A stretch of 64,000 nt of DNA from Amoebophrya sp. A120 (lineage: Eukaryota > Protista > Dinoflagellata). Positions 1 through 12,500 of the stretch are shown here, in pieces. The translations under genes and the position numbers were made by a program. The DNA lies in the NCBI GenBank assembly GCA_905178155.1, contig CAJINV010000002.1, forward strand, positions 7,346,743 through 7,410,742, given 5' to 3'. Below the pieces are notes generated by a model that searched no databases, was not told the DNA's origin, and worked only from the letters and a program-made list of their open reading frames with translations. How positions within the stretch are numbered: position 1 is the first letter of the stretch; every line of letters starts with the position of its first letter.

Positions 1-3000
1 TGACCGAACTTTGGCGAGGAAGATTCTAGGCGAAGACCTGAAAAAGGTCGTGGAGAACTGCTTGACTGAGGACCACCTCCAAGTCCAAACGGGTTCTTTG
101 GAGGGTCGACGTGGGGTTGAAGCCGTGAAGCACAGCCTTGGTACACGACCAACCGTCGAGACCAAGAATCCAAAGGTGTCCGATTTCTACCTGGCGTACA
201 ACATTTCCTGGGCGCAAATGCACAAGATGGGCGACATTTTGGACCAGTTAAACCAGCACGTGCAACAGTCGCCGCACTTGCGAGATCTCGGCATCGAATT
301 TTCCGTCGAGCAGACCACACTCGAGGAAGTTTTCAGCTTGGCGGGCGAAAAGGCGGAGCTTGAGGTGTTGAAGCTGGAAGCAGCCGCGGAGGAAAAAACA
401 GGAAGTACATCTTCAGAACAAGTTCACAAATCTGTGGAGGAGCAGCTTGAAGCGAAGAAGTTACAGAAGAAGAAGGACGAGTTTCTTTCCAAACAGCCCC
501 TGCGGAAGCGAACCTTGGCGTTTTTCCAGCAAGTCGCGGCGATCTACCGCTTTCGCGTCTGCGGAGAGCTGTGGAAAAAGTTCGGCAGCTATATGAGCAT
601 CGGGATTTTTCTTACCGCGTTTCTCGTGTTATCCTATCAGGTGAAACCCGAGGTCGATAAGGACCTGCCCGGCATGTGGGTCAGCATTTTCAGCCTCTGG
701 CTTTCCTCTATCATGGTCGCGACGCTCCCCTTCCAGTTGTTCGGAATGAATTTGACCCGGAACATTTACGACAAGGAGAACAAGGAGGGCCTGCTATCCT
801 GAGTAAAAACGTCCCCACACCAGAGTTGTCATGCAAATCTGCATGGCAAAAGAGTTTGTCATGCGGAGCGCCATGAGAGGCATTTTATAGTCGTGCTTTG
901 GAATTTGTGATGCTACAATCGGCATGATATACTGGATCTGTGATGCTGCTGAGCTACCTAATCAGGATTACACTACGAGGAGAAACCTGTCATGCCAAAC
1001 GACCAAAGCTGGGCGATTTGTCTAGCAGATTCCCCATCTTGACTCTGGTGTGGGGACGTTTTTACAAATGATACCTGCTCCGGCACCTCACCATGCACGG
1101 GATGAAGCGGAGTGCGTTCCATTTCGGGTCGTTTCTCTCCTTCTTCACCTTTCCAACGGGCTTCGCCTATGCAATACAAATTTCCCGTACATGTACAAAA
1201 TGCATCACAAATTTCGCCAACTTGGAGCATGCCACTTGTCATGCTGAATAGCCTTCAGCGCTAGTTTTGTCATGCGGAGCCAGCATTCGTACGTGTACGG
1301 GAAATTTACTGTGAATATCGCCTGGGTCCTGTACACGATCTTTCTGATGATGATCTTCTCCTCCGTCTTCGCATCCTCGACCGCGATCGGGACGGTGTTC
1401 GTGTTCCTGTTCGCCTTCGTCGTGCCCGTCACGAACATCCTGCTCCCGATGTTCCTGGGCCTCACCTGCAGCAACGCCCTGTGGGTGATCTACATCGTGG
1501 TCAGCTACGCGGTGGCTTTCCTGCCACAGATGATCTACGGCATCGTGCGAGGGACGAGTAACCAGGAGATGTGGAACCCCACTTTTGATTGTAGAATGAC
1601 GGAAATGTTTCTCTCCAGCCACGCCCAGGCGTATGACACCAAAAAGAGCGTAATACGTAACGGAATTTTCATTTTGCATAAAGTATTGCATATGCATCAG
1701 AATTCATTGCACAAATTTGTATTTACTCAACATGCATGGTAGAGAAAATTAAAATTTTAACTTGATCTTGCTATGCATGACTACAATGCTTCAAAACTGT
1801 TTAACGTTAGCGCTTCTTTTTTTGGTTGATAAGGCGGCTGGCTTGGATATGCTGTTCTCGTTCGGCGTGCCTGATTGGTTCAACGCGATCTGGTTTGTCC
1901 TTGGCCTGTTCTTCCCCCCGGTCGCCGCATCAAGGGCGTTTACCGCACTGTACAAACTTTGGACGTATGACAAAGCGCAGGCCGTAATCCACTTCGCGAC
2001 CAGTGTCCGCGAGAATTACGTGCAGCTGCAGGGGATGGGCCTAACTGCCTCGGAGATCCAGAGTCTTCTGGGCCGCCGAGCCCAGAGGGGGCTGATCGAT
2101 CCACACCTGATTAAGAAGCTATTTCCGTACGTCCAGCCCACGAATTCCGTCTTCTACTATCTCTTCGGCGGCCCCGCTTTTGTTGTGGAAGGCGGAGATG
2201 TGACAAGCGACGGCTCTCCGAAATTATTTCCTCAATATTTGGACAACCCGCAATGCGGTCGAGCGTACCTGACAAAAACGGCCTGGTTTGAAGTCCTCGC
2301 CCCGGTTTGGGCGCTGCTCGTGATTGTCACCTGTTTCGTGCTCCACCAAACTTGGTGGCTCCGGCGCAAAACCTTCCGCCAGTTCGCGAACAGGGGTCTT
2401 GCGGGAGACCAACTGGAATTGCCGGCGAAGGAGCCAGAAGAAAAGCGGGACAGGGACGTCGTTGCAGAGGAAAAGCGGGCCCGTGGCGGGCAGGGCCACC
2501 AGGTCGACGCGGTCGATGTGCGTGATGTCTACAAGCATTTCAACGACGTTGGCACGACAACGCCGAACTGGGCGACCAAGGGCGTCACGCTTGGCGTCCC
2601 CGTCGGTGAGTGTTTTGGTTTGCTTGGCCCGAACGGCGCGGGAAAAACCACCCTGTTCAACCTGATGAGCGGCAACGACGAGATTGGGGGGCCGGACAGC
2701 GGCAGCATTTTCATCCAGAATAAGGACACGAAGACGGACTGCTTTGCCTCCAGTCGAGAGATCATGGGGCTGGCGCCGCAGTTCGACAAGCTCTGGCCGC
2801 ACATTTCGGGCAGGATGCACTTACGGCTGTTCGCAAAATGCTGCGGAACGTACTATGCTCCGAAAGAGGTCGTGGTCGGTGGTGGGCGTGGGGGAACTAG
2901 TGCTAAAAAAGCTCCCGACGGTAGTACAGAAAACTTCGAGGATCCGGAGGCGCAACGACTGCTCCCCAGCACAATAAACGCTGGACGAACGCATAATGCC

Positions 3001-4098
3001 TACCCCTTAACCGATTATGGAGAGGAGCGGATTTCCCGTTTTCTTCGTGAGGTTTCGCTCTCTGAAAAAGACGCCGATCGGAAGGTGGAGGAGTATTCTG
3101 GGGGTATGAAGCGCAAGTTGTCGGTGGCGTTGACTTTGATCACCGACCCAGGACTCGTCTATTTGGACGAAATGTCGGCAGGGGTGGACATTGTTGCGCA
3201 ACGATCTCTGTGGAACAAAATTTTGCATCGCCCGGACGGACAAACCATCATCACCACGACGCACTCCATGGCCGAAGCGGACGCGGTTTCCGACCGGGTG
3301 GGCGTCTTGGTTGCCGGCCGCCTGAAGTGTTTGGGGGAAACCTCGCACATTAAGAAAATGTACGGAAGCGGGTACCACCTCGAACTGACCGTGGATCTAG
3401 GGAAACAAGAACCGGTGGTTAGTACCGACGCTCGTGCACGACCAGGTGCAACCGCGGCTGGAGCTGCGATGTGCAACATTGAAAATATTACCGCCGACAA
3501 TGTCGAGCAAGTTGTGATTCAAAGTCTGTCGCAGCACTTGCAGGTGCAAGAGCATGCTGATGTGAACACAGCAGGTCTACTTGAGGCAGGTGGAGCTACG
3601 GCTGATACTACAACAACCTCCATTGCAGCGAAGACTCCCGCAGGAACAGAACGCCAGCAATCTTATTTCAAGCTGTTGGAGAAGCTCTCCTTCTCCCCGA
3701 CCCGTATCCGCTTGGTCTTGTCCTTTGAGAAGACCGATAGGATCAAAATTTCGGAGGTGTTCCGCTGGGTGGTCAGAGACCAGTTGAACATTATCGAAGA
3801 TTACGGCCTGGGTGAGCCGACGCTGGAGCAGGTCTTCTTAACGTTCGCGAAGGAGCAGGAAGAGGCGGACGCGGAACGCGATCTCCAGGAAGCGCTCGGT
3901 GGGGGGCAACACTACCTTGCAGGTGGAGCAGTTGCTGCTCCTGGTGGAGGTGCTGGGGTGATGTACCGCAATCCTTTCAACAATCAGGTCACCACGGAGC
4001 GCGTGGTGTTCGACCATGCGGGGAGGCAGCAATACTACGATATTGCCACAAACATGTGGTATAACCAGCAGACGCAGCAGTGGGTGCCGGCGGCGTGA
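1..4098 (+). CDS. ABCA-subfamily full ABC transporter, paralog 1 (5' part outside window). Exons approx. <1-794, 1079-1167, 1323-1631, 1837-4098
   Basis: NBD2 has Walker [10 protein letters not shown], signature YSGGMKRKL, Walker B VYLDE and H-loop TTHSM, plus ABCA-type TTLEEVF/TLEQVFL motifs. Removing three TAT...ATA elements plus one repeat copy each gives a continuous frame colinear with paralog 2 (GLL|RHLTMHGMKRSAFHFGSF...GFA|WVLYTI...AQA|AGLD). Confidence 0.92.
795..1073. mobile_element. Introner (non-canonical intron) in ABCA-1
   Basis: CCTGC direct repeats at 790-794 and 1074-1078; TATC...GATA ends; perfect 24-bp inverted repeat at 803-826 / 1042-1065. Removal restores [10 protein letters not shown]. 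Confidence 0.9.
1168..1317. mobile_element. Introner in ABCA-1
   Basis: TCGCC direct repeats at 1163-1167 and 1318-1322; TAT...ATA ends; inverted repeat AAATTTCCCGTACA/TGTACGGGAAATTT. Removal gives FAWVLYTI, matching paralog LGWLLFTI. Confidence 0.9.
1632..1831. mobile_element. Introner in ABCA-1
   Basis: AGGCG direct repeats at 1627-1631 and 1832-1836; TAT...ATA ends; degenerate inverted repeat (ACCAAAAA..AGCG / CGCT..TTTTTGGT). Removal gives AQAAGLD. Confidence 0.85.
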
Positions 4099-6058
4099 AC
4101 CAATCAAATAGTCCTCGTGTAGTCATGTTGATCATGATTCGCGCGAGCAACGGCTTGCTTTTAGTTTTACGTCAGACAAGTCTCCGAATTTTGGAAAGCA
4201 GTAGGGGATTGTTGCGAAAGCCTTCGCAGGCAGCAGAACGGAGAAAGCACAAAGAAGAAACACTACACAAGAAGTGATTTTTTTATTTCAAATATGCACA
4301 GCCACAGCCACAGAGTAAGCTGTATAGTTAGAATACCTTTTCGCACTCCCGTGTACAGAAATGGATAGGAAAGAGCGCACTTATGGAACCCCATACATAA
4401 GGTTAACAAGGAGTATACCTTCAACGTGGCGCAGGAAAGCGAGCGTAGCGTTTTTTTGATCAACAAATTGAGTGCATGCATTTTGTCATAATTCTTTTTA
4501 GCTTTCTCTTGTTTAACCTCGTTAGACATCCCTCCAAGAGGGATTTCATTTTCAAATCTAATCACCGAACTGCATCATAACCATTGAAATAGAAGACATG
4601 GAGAATAAGATATATTTTTCGAAGAGCGCATTATACATACCGTCAATGGAGTACAACACGGATCACACCATGACTGTAAAGTATTGATGAATATTTTCAT
4701 CCGCTGCATATGCATTCCCATTCTTATTCTAACTTTTTGTTTTTGGTGTTTGGCGAAGTCGATAACCAGCCGGAAATAGGAATAGGATGTTTTTACAGAT
4801 TAAGATTATTTATTTTTCTCCCGTCATTTCATGAGAGCAGGAACATGAACAGCTAGGATTTTGGTTCTTGTTTTGGTGACACGATTCATTTGCATGCTTT
4901 GTGTGGAGCAGGTTTAGGCCAGTTCAATGTTTTTTTCTGGCACGGACATGCGATTGCTGTGCTGTAGCTGTAGTGATCATTCTTGCGGGTGTATGATTTC
5001 AATTACTCGATGAAGGAAGCGATTTCATCGGGAATCGTAAGAGCAAAAACGAAAAGCTCCATTGACTGTTGCAAGCAAAGTCTACTTACGTTGATAAGAC
5101 CCAGCGCAAGTGTCAGCCTCGTTTTTGATATCTGCAAAGAGGCGGCCGAGGGCAAGTTTGGATTTGGATACGCTACTGCAGCTAGAGTGGCACTTTTTCG
5201 CATTTTCGTCAGCAGAAACATGAAATAAAGGTAGAAAGCACCCCACTACAAAAACATAAGCATTTTTTGTTGAACAACGTGACCACAGGATGCGTACTTT
5301 CAACAGTAAAAAAATGACTGCGCGAAACGTATTGTTAAGGTTTTATTTCCCTTGCGAAGACGTTGGCGTGACAACTACTGGTATTGACTACATGCTGCAA
5401 CGGTACACACACGACCGCAGAGCTTGCGTCACAGCTGGCTCTATTGATTCCCTCCGGTTCTGCTGCGATCATGGCTGCAATATTGAGATTTTGAAAAATT
5501 GCAGCCTGCTAAAATGGCAATTATAATATCGGTTCTTTCGGTGTGCCTCAATCAAAAATTGAGACAAGAAATTTTCATCTCGATCATCCGCACGGCACAA
5601 AATTCGAATTTCTCACGTCGGACAGCAAAAGACTAAAGGCGATCAGAAAGATGCCACGCGCTTATTGACCCTAGAAAGAAAGGTAATTTGTCGGTTTATT
5701 TATATTGTGGTCGAAGATATGAGTATGACTATGTCGGTCGACAAAGATAAGGCACACAGAAATTGTTCGGTTTACAATGATTTGCTGGTTGTGGTTGCTC
5801 TTTCTGAAAATAAATAGAGCCACCGCGAAGATCCATGATGACCTGTTGCTGAAATTGATCCATTTTCGACGATGTTGGACGCCAAATACAAGAAAAATCG
5901 GTGTTGTGCATGTTTGTAGGCAAGGTCAACTACAAAGTGAAGATCAAGTCTTGGGCTCAGAAGTAGTGCTCACGACCGTTGGCGGTCATTTCTGGTATTG
6001 TCTGAATTTGAATTTCGTATATATACCTACAGCCACAGACTCTGACACCAGCTTGAAC

Positions 6059-6228
6059 GACTGCTTGTTTTGATACCGAGTTCGCTACAAGAAATTTTCT
6101 TGTAGCGGTGTTTTGATACTAAGAGGATTCGACTGCTTGTTTTTGATTCGACTGCTTGTTTTGATACTAACTGCTTGTTTTTGATTCGAATACTTGTAGC
6201 GGTTTTTCGATTCGACTGCTTGTTTTGT
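6059..6228. repeat. Degenerate short tandem repeat, ~5 copies of (G)ACTGCTTGTTTT(T)GAT, upstream of ABCA-2
   Basis: CTGCTTGTTTT recurs at ~6061, 6133, 6152, 6171 and 6216. Confidence 0.7.
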
Positions 6229-6572
6229 TAAATTCCCTTCTAATATCGAAACACTTTTTCTTTTTCTACTTTTATGTGCTTTCGCATTCGCGAAATTACA
6301 AAAGCATCGATTCTACCTGTTGAACTCTTCTTCCTCCACAATTACCATTCCGAATAAAAGTTGATTCGAAAGCGAAAGACATCATCTTTCCTTTTCCACG
6401 AACGATTCCAAGTGATTTAAGAAAAAACGGTCTACACCATCTTTGCCATAAAATACATCAAAATTTCCGCATTAAGATAGACAGAGCGTCTCCGACGTCC
6501 ACCCAGAAAAAATAACTTGACTATCCTCGCGTCAAATCCTATATATTGCAGCCGAAAACAATTGCCGTCACA

Positions 6573-9500
6573 ATGGAACAAAGTCGTCAGGAGCAGGTTG
6601 TTTTGTTGCCGAGTGGCACTCCAGCTTCGTCGAGTGGCACTCCTTTTCGTCGGCAGTTGGACCAGCATCAGAACAACAGCAAGCCACTCCCCGCCGGGAT
6701 GAATGGAAGCACCACAAGCGCAGGACCTCCACAGATGTCTCACTTTAAGCTTTTGTGGAACAAAAACGTCGATGTCCATTGGCGGAACAAGAGCTGGATG
6801 CAGTTCGCCTGCGCGTTCATCCTGGTGCTTTTTTTCGGCGGGGTCTCGCGGTTTAGCTCGTTGCTGAACCGCCCCATCACCGGCAGTGACGAGTACGACA
6901 TCTGGCGCGCGGCCGTCTATGGCCCTGGCACGGAGAAAATCGGCACCGAGGGTGGCGGCGCCATTCTGTTCTTCGGCCCGCTCGGTGAGGGGATCTCGTT
7001 ATGGGCGGGCGTGTTCATCCCACTGTCTATCGTGTATCGGATTTTCGGCAGCCAGATTTTTATCGAGAAGGAAACGCAGCTGATGGAAATGCAGTTTGTG
7101 TACGGCCTGTCGAAGGTCAAGTACTGGCTGTCCAACCTGCTCTTTTTCGGCGTCGTGCTCGGCGGCGCGTTTTTACTCGCCCAGGTCATTTTGGTGGTCT
7201 TCGAATCCATATGGATTGCAAATATGTCTGGGTCTGGAAGAACCAAACTTGTGATGCTGCATATGGATGCTAAAAAAATCTGTATTGCATCAGCAGCAAG
7301 AGGAGTCAAATTTGGCTACGCGGAGAGGGCATTTGTCATGCAGGATGCGCATCGATAGGCGCTCAAAAAATCTGTGATGCTACGGCATACATCGCAGACA
7401 TCATGGATTATGGAAAATGTGCATGACAAACTTCTCCTCTTCCAGACCCAGACATTTTTACATTTGATAATCAAAGTGGGTCAGCGGCGCCGTGACGCGG
7501 GACTGGACGAGCGGGGAGATCTTTATGGCGCTCTCAAACGTTACACTCTCAACTGTTACACGAATCTGTGATGCAAGAACAGCAAAAGTGAAAGCGGGAA
7601 GATTGCGCGTTTCGCATTACAAATTTGGGACGGAGTGTGATGCTGTTTAGCCCTTCGAAAATTTGTCATGCTGAGCACCTTGATCAAGTGGAGGCAGGCT
7701 CAGGCTGATGGCAATTTTGCATGACAAATCATGTAACAGTTGAGAATGTAACATTTGGGAGCTCCATAGTCTTTTCTCTAGGTTTGTTCCTCGCGCCCGT
7801 GTTCCCGGTGGTTGCGGCGCTCGCGTTAGGCTCGACGTTCGCGGTGGTTTATCAGCAGAAAGAGAAGTTCGAAAGCTTCCTCAACGCGATGGGGCTGGGG
7901 GGCTCGCTGATCGCCCTTGCCTTGTTGCTAGGCGTGGAGTTTATCGCGCCAACGAAGACGAGCTGGATCCGGGTGGGGAGTAGTGCGTTGTTCAGTGACG
8001 ACGTCAGCGATTGTCCGGACACGAGCTTGACCTGGCTGAACAATGTTTTCTCTCTGCTCTTCGGCATCTTACTCCCCGGCTACTCGTTCGCAAAAATCAA
8101 CTACCGCGGGATGACCATGCGGTACGTGTACCTCGGCATGAAGATCCAGTACCCGAACGGGCTGCCGCCCACCGGCCTGCCCGGCTACGCCGGCTGGGGC
8201 TGCGCGCTCCGCAATGACCCACGTCCGCCGGGGGTGCCGCCCGTGGGAACGACCCCACTCAGTGTAGACGAGACGGCAGGGGGGTCGCTGACGTTTGGCA
8301 TTGTGCCGGAACCCGTGAAGAAAGCGTTGGAGGATGAACTGAACAACGACGCGGGCATGAGCTTCTTGGCGAAGCACTTGTCGTTTGGAGATATCACCTT
8401 GCCGATTTTGATCGACTACGTCGCACTAATCCTGAACGTCGTCTTCTGGCTGGGGGCTCTGTACCGCTGCGAAAAGCGACGCCACCAAGCGGAGCAGGGA
8501 GAGGTAGCAGCTGAAGATGATTATAATGCTGTGTCCTCGGAGATGGTGCACCACCGGCGTAGTGGCGCAGCTTCGGCAGTGCAGCTGGCTCGAGCTGGGA
8601 CCACGAACGACAAGCCGGCGCTGGTGTTACAAAACCTGAGCAAATCTTTCAAAGTCCCCCACGGCACTATCACTGCGAACAAGGACCTCAGTTTCGAAAT
8701 CCAGCGCGGGGAAATTTTTGGACTTCTCGGCCACAACGGCGCGGGGAAGACGACTCTGATTTCGCAGATTACCGGCATGATCCCCTGCACGAGCGGCAAC
8801 GCCTTCGTGAACGGGTACTCCATTCGGGACAACGACGAGATCGGGCAAGTCAGGCAGAACATCGCTTTGTGTCCGCAGGCGAATCCGATGTGGGAGAACT
8901 ACACCATGCGGCAGCACATCCAGTTTTTCGCCCGGCTGAAGCAGATCCCGGAGGAGGAAGTGGAGGCGACCATTCTTAAGTACGCGAGGCTGTTGAACGT
9001 CGAGCATAAACTCGACACGATCTGTGAGAAGCTGTCCGGCGGCCAGAAGCGGCGTTTGTGGGTGATCTGTGCGTTGCTCGGAAGTGCGCCCGTCGTCATC
9101 CTGGACGAGCCGACATCGGGGATGGATCCGCAAGCGAGACGGGATTTCTGGGCGTTTCTGAAGAAGCTCGTGAAGGAGGAGAAGCGGTCGATTTTGTTCT
9201 CCACCCACTATCTGGAGGAGGCGGACCTGCTCGCGGATCGCAAGATCATCATTGCCATGGGCAAAAAAGCGGCCATCGGGACGAGCCAGGAACTGAAGCG
9301 GCAGTTTGGCGAGGGGTTCTGGATTCAAGCGACGGTGGACAAATCGAAGTGCCTGGACAAGAACGAAGCCAGGGAAATCTTGCACGTGCAGCTGAAGGAA
9401 GTAGTCAGAAGTAGCTTGAATACAACAAACTTTATCAAGACCAAGAATCCCAAAGTCTCCGAGTACTTCCTCGCGTTCTGCATCCCGTGGGAGGAAATCG

Positions 9501-12500
9501 AGAAGCTGGGCGACATCCTGGACCGGTTGAGCGAGTATTGTGACAGCAAGGAATCGCTGAAATCGAAGAACATCGAGTTTACGGTGGAACAGACCACTTT
9601 AGAGGAGGTGTTTAGCATTGCGGGCGAGCGGGCGGAACTGGAAAAGCTGAGGGAAGAGCAAGATGATGAGGAACAGGTAGAACAGACCATGTTGGAGAAG
9701 AAGCAACAGGAACAGAGGGACCAGCAGCTGTCCCGCATGCCGTTGCGGAAGCGCGAAACTTCCTTCTTCTCCTCCGCCGCCGCGGTTCTGCGGTTCCGCC
9801 TCACCGGGCAGAACTTTTTGCGGCCGGGGAGCTACATCTCGATGCTGATTCTGTTCGGTATTTTCATCGCGGTGTCCGTGCTCGTGGAACACTCCCAGGG
9901 CACCGAAAACCCGGGGTTGTGGGCGAACCTGTTCGCGACGTCGCTGAATGGCTTGTTTCTCGGCATGTTGCCCTTCCAGCTGCTCGGGCTGAACATCATC
10001 CGGAACCACTACGACAAGGAACGGTCTCACGGCCTGCTCCGTCACCTGACGATGCACGGGGTCAGCCGCAGCAGTTTCCACTCCGGCAGCTTCCTCTCCT
10101 GGTTTTTGTTTCCCACCGGTCTGGGGTGGCTGCTGTTCACGATCATCCTCATGGTCTACTTCAGCAAGGTGCTCGCGTCCACCTGGACCATCGCGTTAGT
10201 GTTTTTTGTATTGTACGCGGTTATCACCGCCTCCTCCAACATTCTGTATCCCATGTGGATCGGGGTCGCGCTACCGGGGAAGTACTGGTTCGTGGTCCTG
10301 ATTATGCTGGGTTGGCTAATCGGGCTGCTGCCCGCGATGCTAGCAGGCGCGCTTTTCAACGCGGGTGACGTGTCCCCGACCTGCCAGAACGTCGGCCTCG
10401 TGGTGTCCGCGTTCGCGCAAGCCCCGGGCAACGCGCTGAACTTCCAGATTCCGGTCTGGTGGTCGGTCATGTGGTTTTTCCTCGGTCTCCCCTTCCCCGC
10501 GGTCGGCAGCGCCAACGCGTTTGCCGGGTTGTACAAGCTGTGGGCGTTCGACAAGGCGGTGACCAGCTTCTCTTGGATCGCGAACTACCAAAATTGGCCA
10601 ACACTCGTAAACGAGTTCGGGTTGAACCCCCTCGACCCGTCCACCTGGCCGGTCCGGGTCGATCCGCAGGGGCAGGTGGTCAGCTTCAACAACGAGTTAA
10701 TGTCGAAGATCTACTACGAAACCTCCGCCTCCCAGTCGCTCTCCTACTACCTGTTCGGAACCGACTTGGAGGTGCCGTCGTTCATCCCGGGCACGGACAA
10801 CCCCGTGCAGCCGCTCGCGAACCGCCTCGTGGACGAGTTTATGGGGCAATTTCGGGCCAACACCGAGTGCGGGCAATCGGGTTTGACGCAGGCGGCGTTC
10901 TTGCAGGTGTTGATGCCGGTCTGGTCGTTTTTCCTGGTCGTACTATTCTTCGTTCTCCACCATACGTGCTGCTTGCGGCGGAAAATGCGCAAGAATTACG
11001 GAGCCCGCCGGAACGTCGGGGCAAACGGAGACGTCGACTTGCCGAGAAAGGAACCGGCGGAGGAGCGGGACTTGGACGTGGTAGCCGAGGAAAACCGGGA
11101 ACGCAGCGTGAACCCGCCCGACACCATCGACATTCGGGACGTCTACAAACACTTTAAGAACCCCGGGAGCGACGAGCCAAACTGGGCCACGAAGGGGGTC
11201 ACGCTCGGTATCATCATACAAAGCATTTGGTTGTTGCATAAGGGAAATTTTTGCGTTCTAGTAAATCCCTACTGACCACTTTTGCAAAGTTGACGGCCAG
11301 AGAGGGTTCGTGATTTAATTCTCCCTGTGTTCGATAAAATGAGAAATTCGCTTCTACTCGCCCCATAGATACATTGAACTTTGTTTATGCAAGTTTCACC
11401 ACCCAAAACAACAACAGGCATCCCTGCCGGCGAGTGTTTTGGTCTGCTGGGACCGAACGGTGCGGGGAAAACCACGCTGTTCAACCTGATGAGCGGTAGC
11501 GACGAGATTGGCGGCCCGGACGCGGGCGCGATTTTCATTCAGGGCAAAGAGGCCCTGGACGACTACTTTATGGATTGCAAAAGTATCGTACTCGTATAAA
11601 TGCATTACAAATTTCCTCAGCATGAGAAATAAAATCTGTAATGCTGATTTGCCTTAAGAACAAGATTTGCAATGCATGACTGCAATACGAGTACGATACT
11701 TTTGCACAGGATAATCTTCGAATCGAGCCGCAAAATCATGGGTTTGGCCCCGCAATTTGACAAGTTGTGGCCGGACATCAGCGGGCGGAGACATCTGCGC
11801 TTGTTTGCGAAGTGCTGCGGAACCTACTACCCGCCGAAAGGCATGAATAAAACAGCAGGAGGAGCACTGGGTGGAGGTGGACGACAATCCGCTGATGAGC
11901 TCGACCCCGAGTCCCAACGGCTGTTAAGTGACAATGAAAAATTGTACTTCGACTACGGGGAAGAACGGATTTCCCGCTTTCTCCGCGAAGTCTCGCTTTC
12001 CGAGAAGGATGCCGACCGGAAGGTGCTCGAGTATTCTGGCGGAATGAAACGCAAACTGTCGGTGGCGTTGACTTTGATCACTGACCCGGAGCTGGTGTAT
12101 TTGGACGAGATGTCGGCGGGGGTCGATATCGTCGCGCAAAGATCTTTGTGGAACAAAATCTTGCATCGCCCGGAGGGGCAGACGATCATCACCACGACGC
12201 ACTCCATGGCCGAAGCGGACGCGGTGTCGGACAGGGTGGGCGTTTTGGTCGCTGGACGATTGAAATGTTTGGGCGAAACCTCGCACATCAAGGACGTGTA
12301 CGGGAGCGGCTACCATCTGGAACTCACCTGCGACTTGTCGAAGCAAGATGATAAATTTGTTCCTCAAACTATCACCGTTCAAAACGTGGAGGAGATCGTG
12401 ATCGCTTCTCTTCTGCACCACCTGAAAATCGGTGATGACGTGACGATTGCCACCGCGAAGAAAAAGATCACCAACAGCTTTCAGCTGCAGCGCACAAAAA

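Noticed and set aside
790-1836. Frameshifted ABCA pseudogene
   Set aside because: Every break coincides with a TIR/direct-repeat element whose removal restores the frame, and the same holds in essential RPT1.
6059-6228. CRISPR-like repeat/spacer array
   Set aside because: The repeats are short and adjacent with no unique spacers; the context is eukaryotic and has no cas genes.
7212-7768. Single 557-nt intron bounded by TCCATA repeats
   Set aside because: It is also in frame, but two separate TIR pairs with TAT...ATA ends and an open, GC-rich 49-nt exon between them explain the region better.
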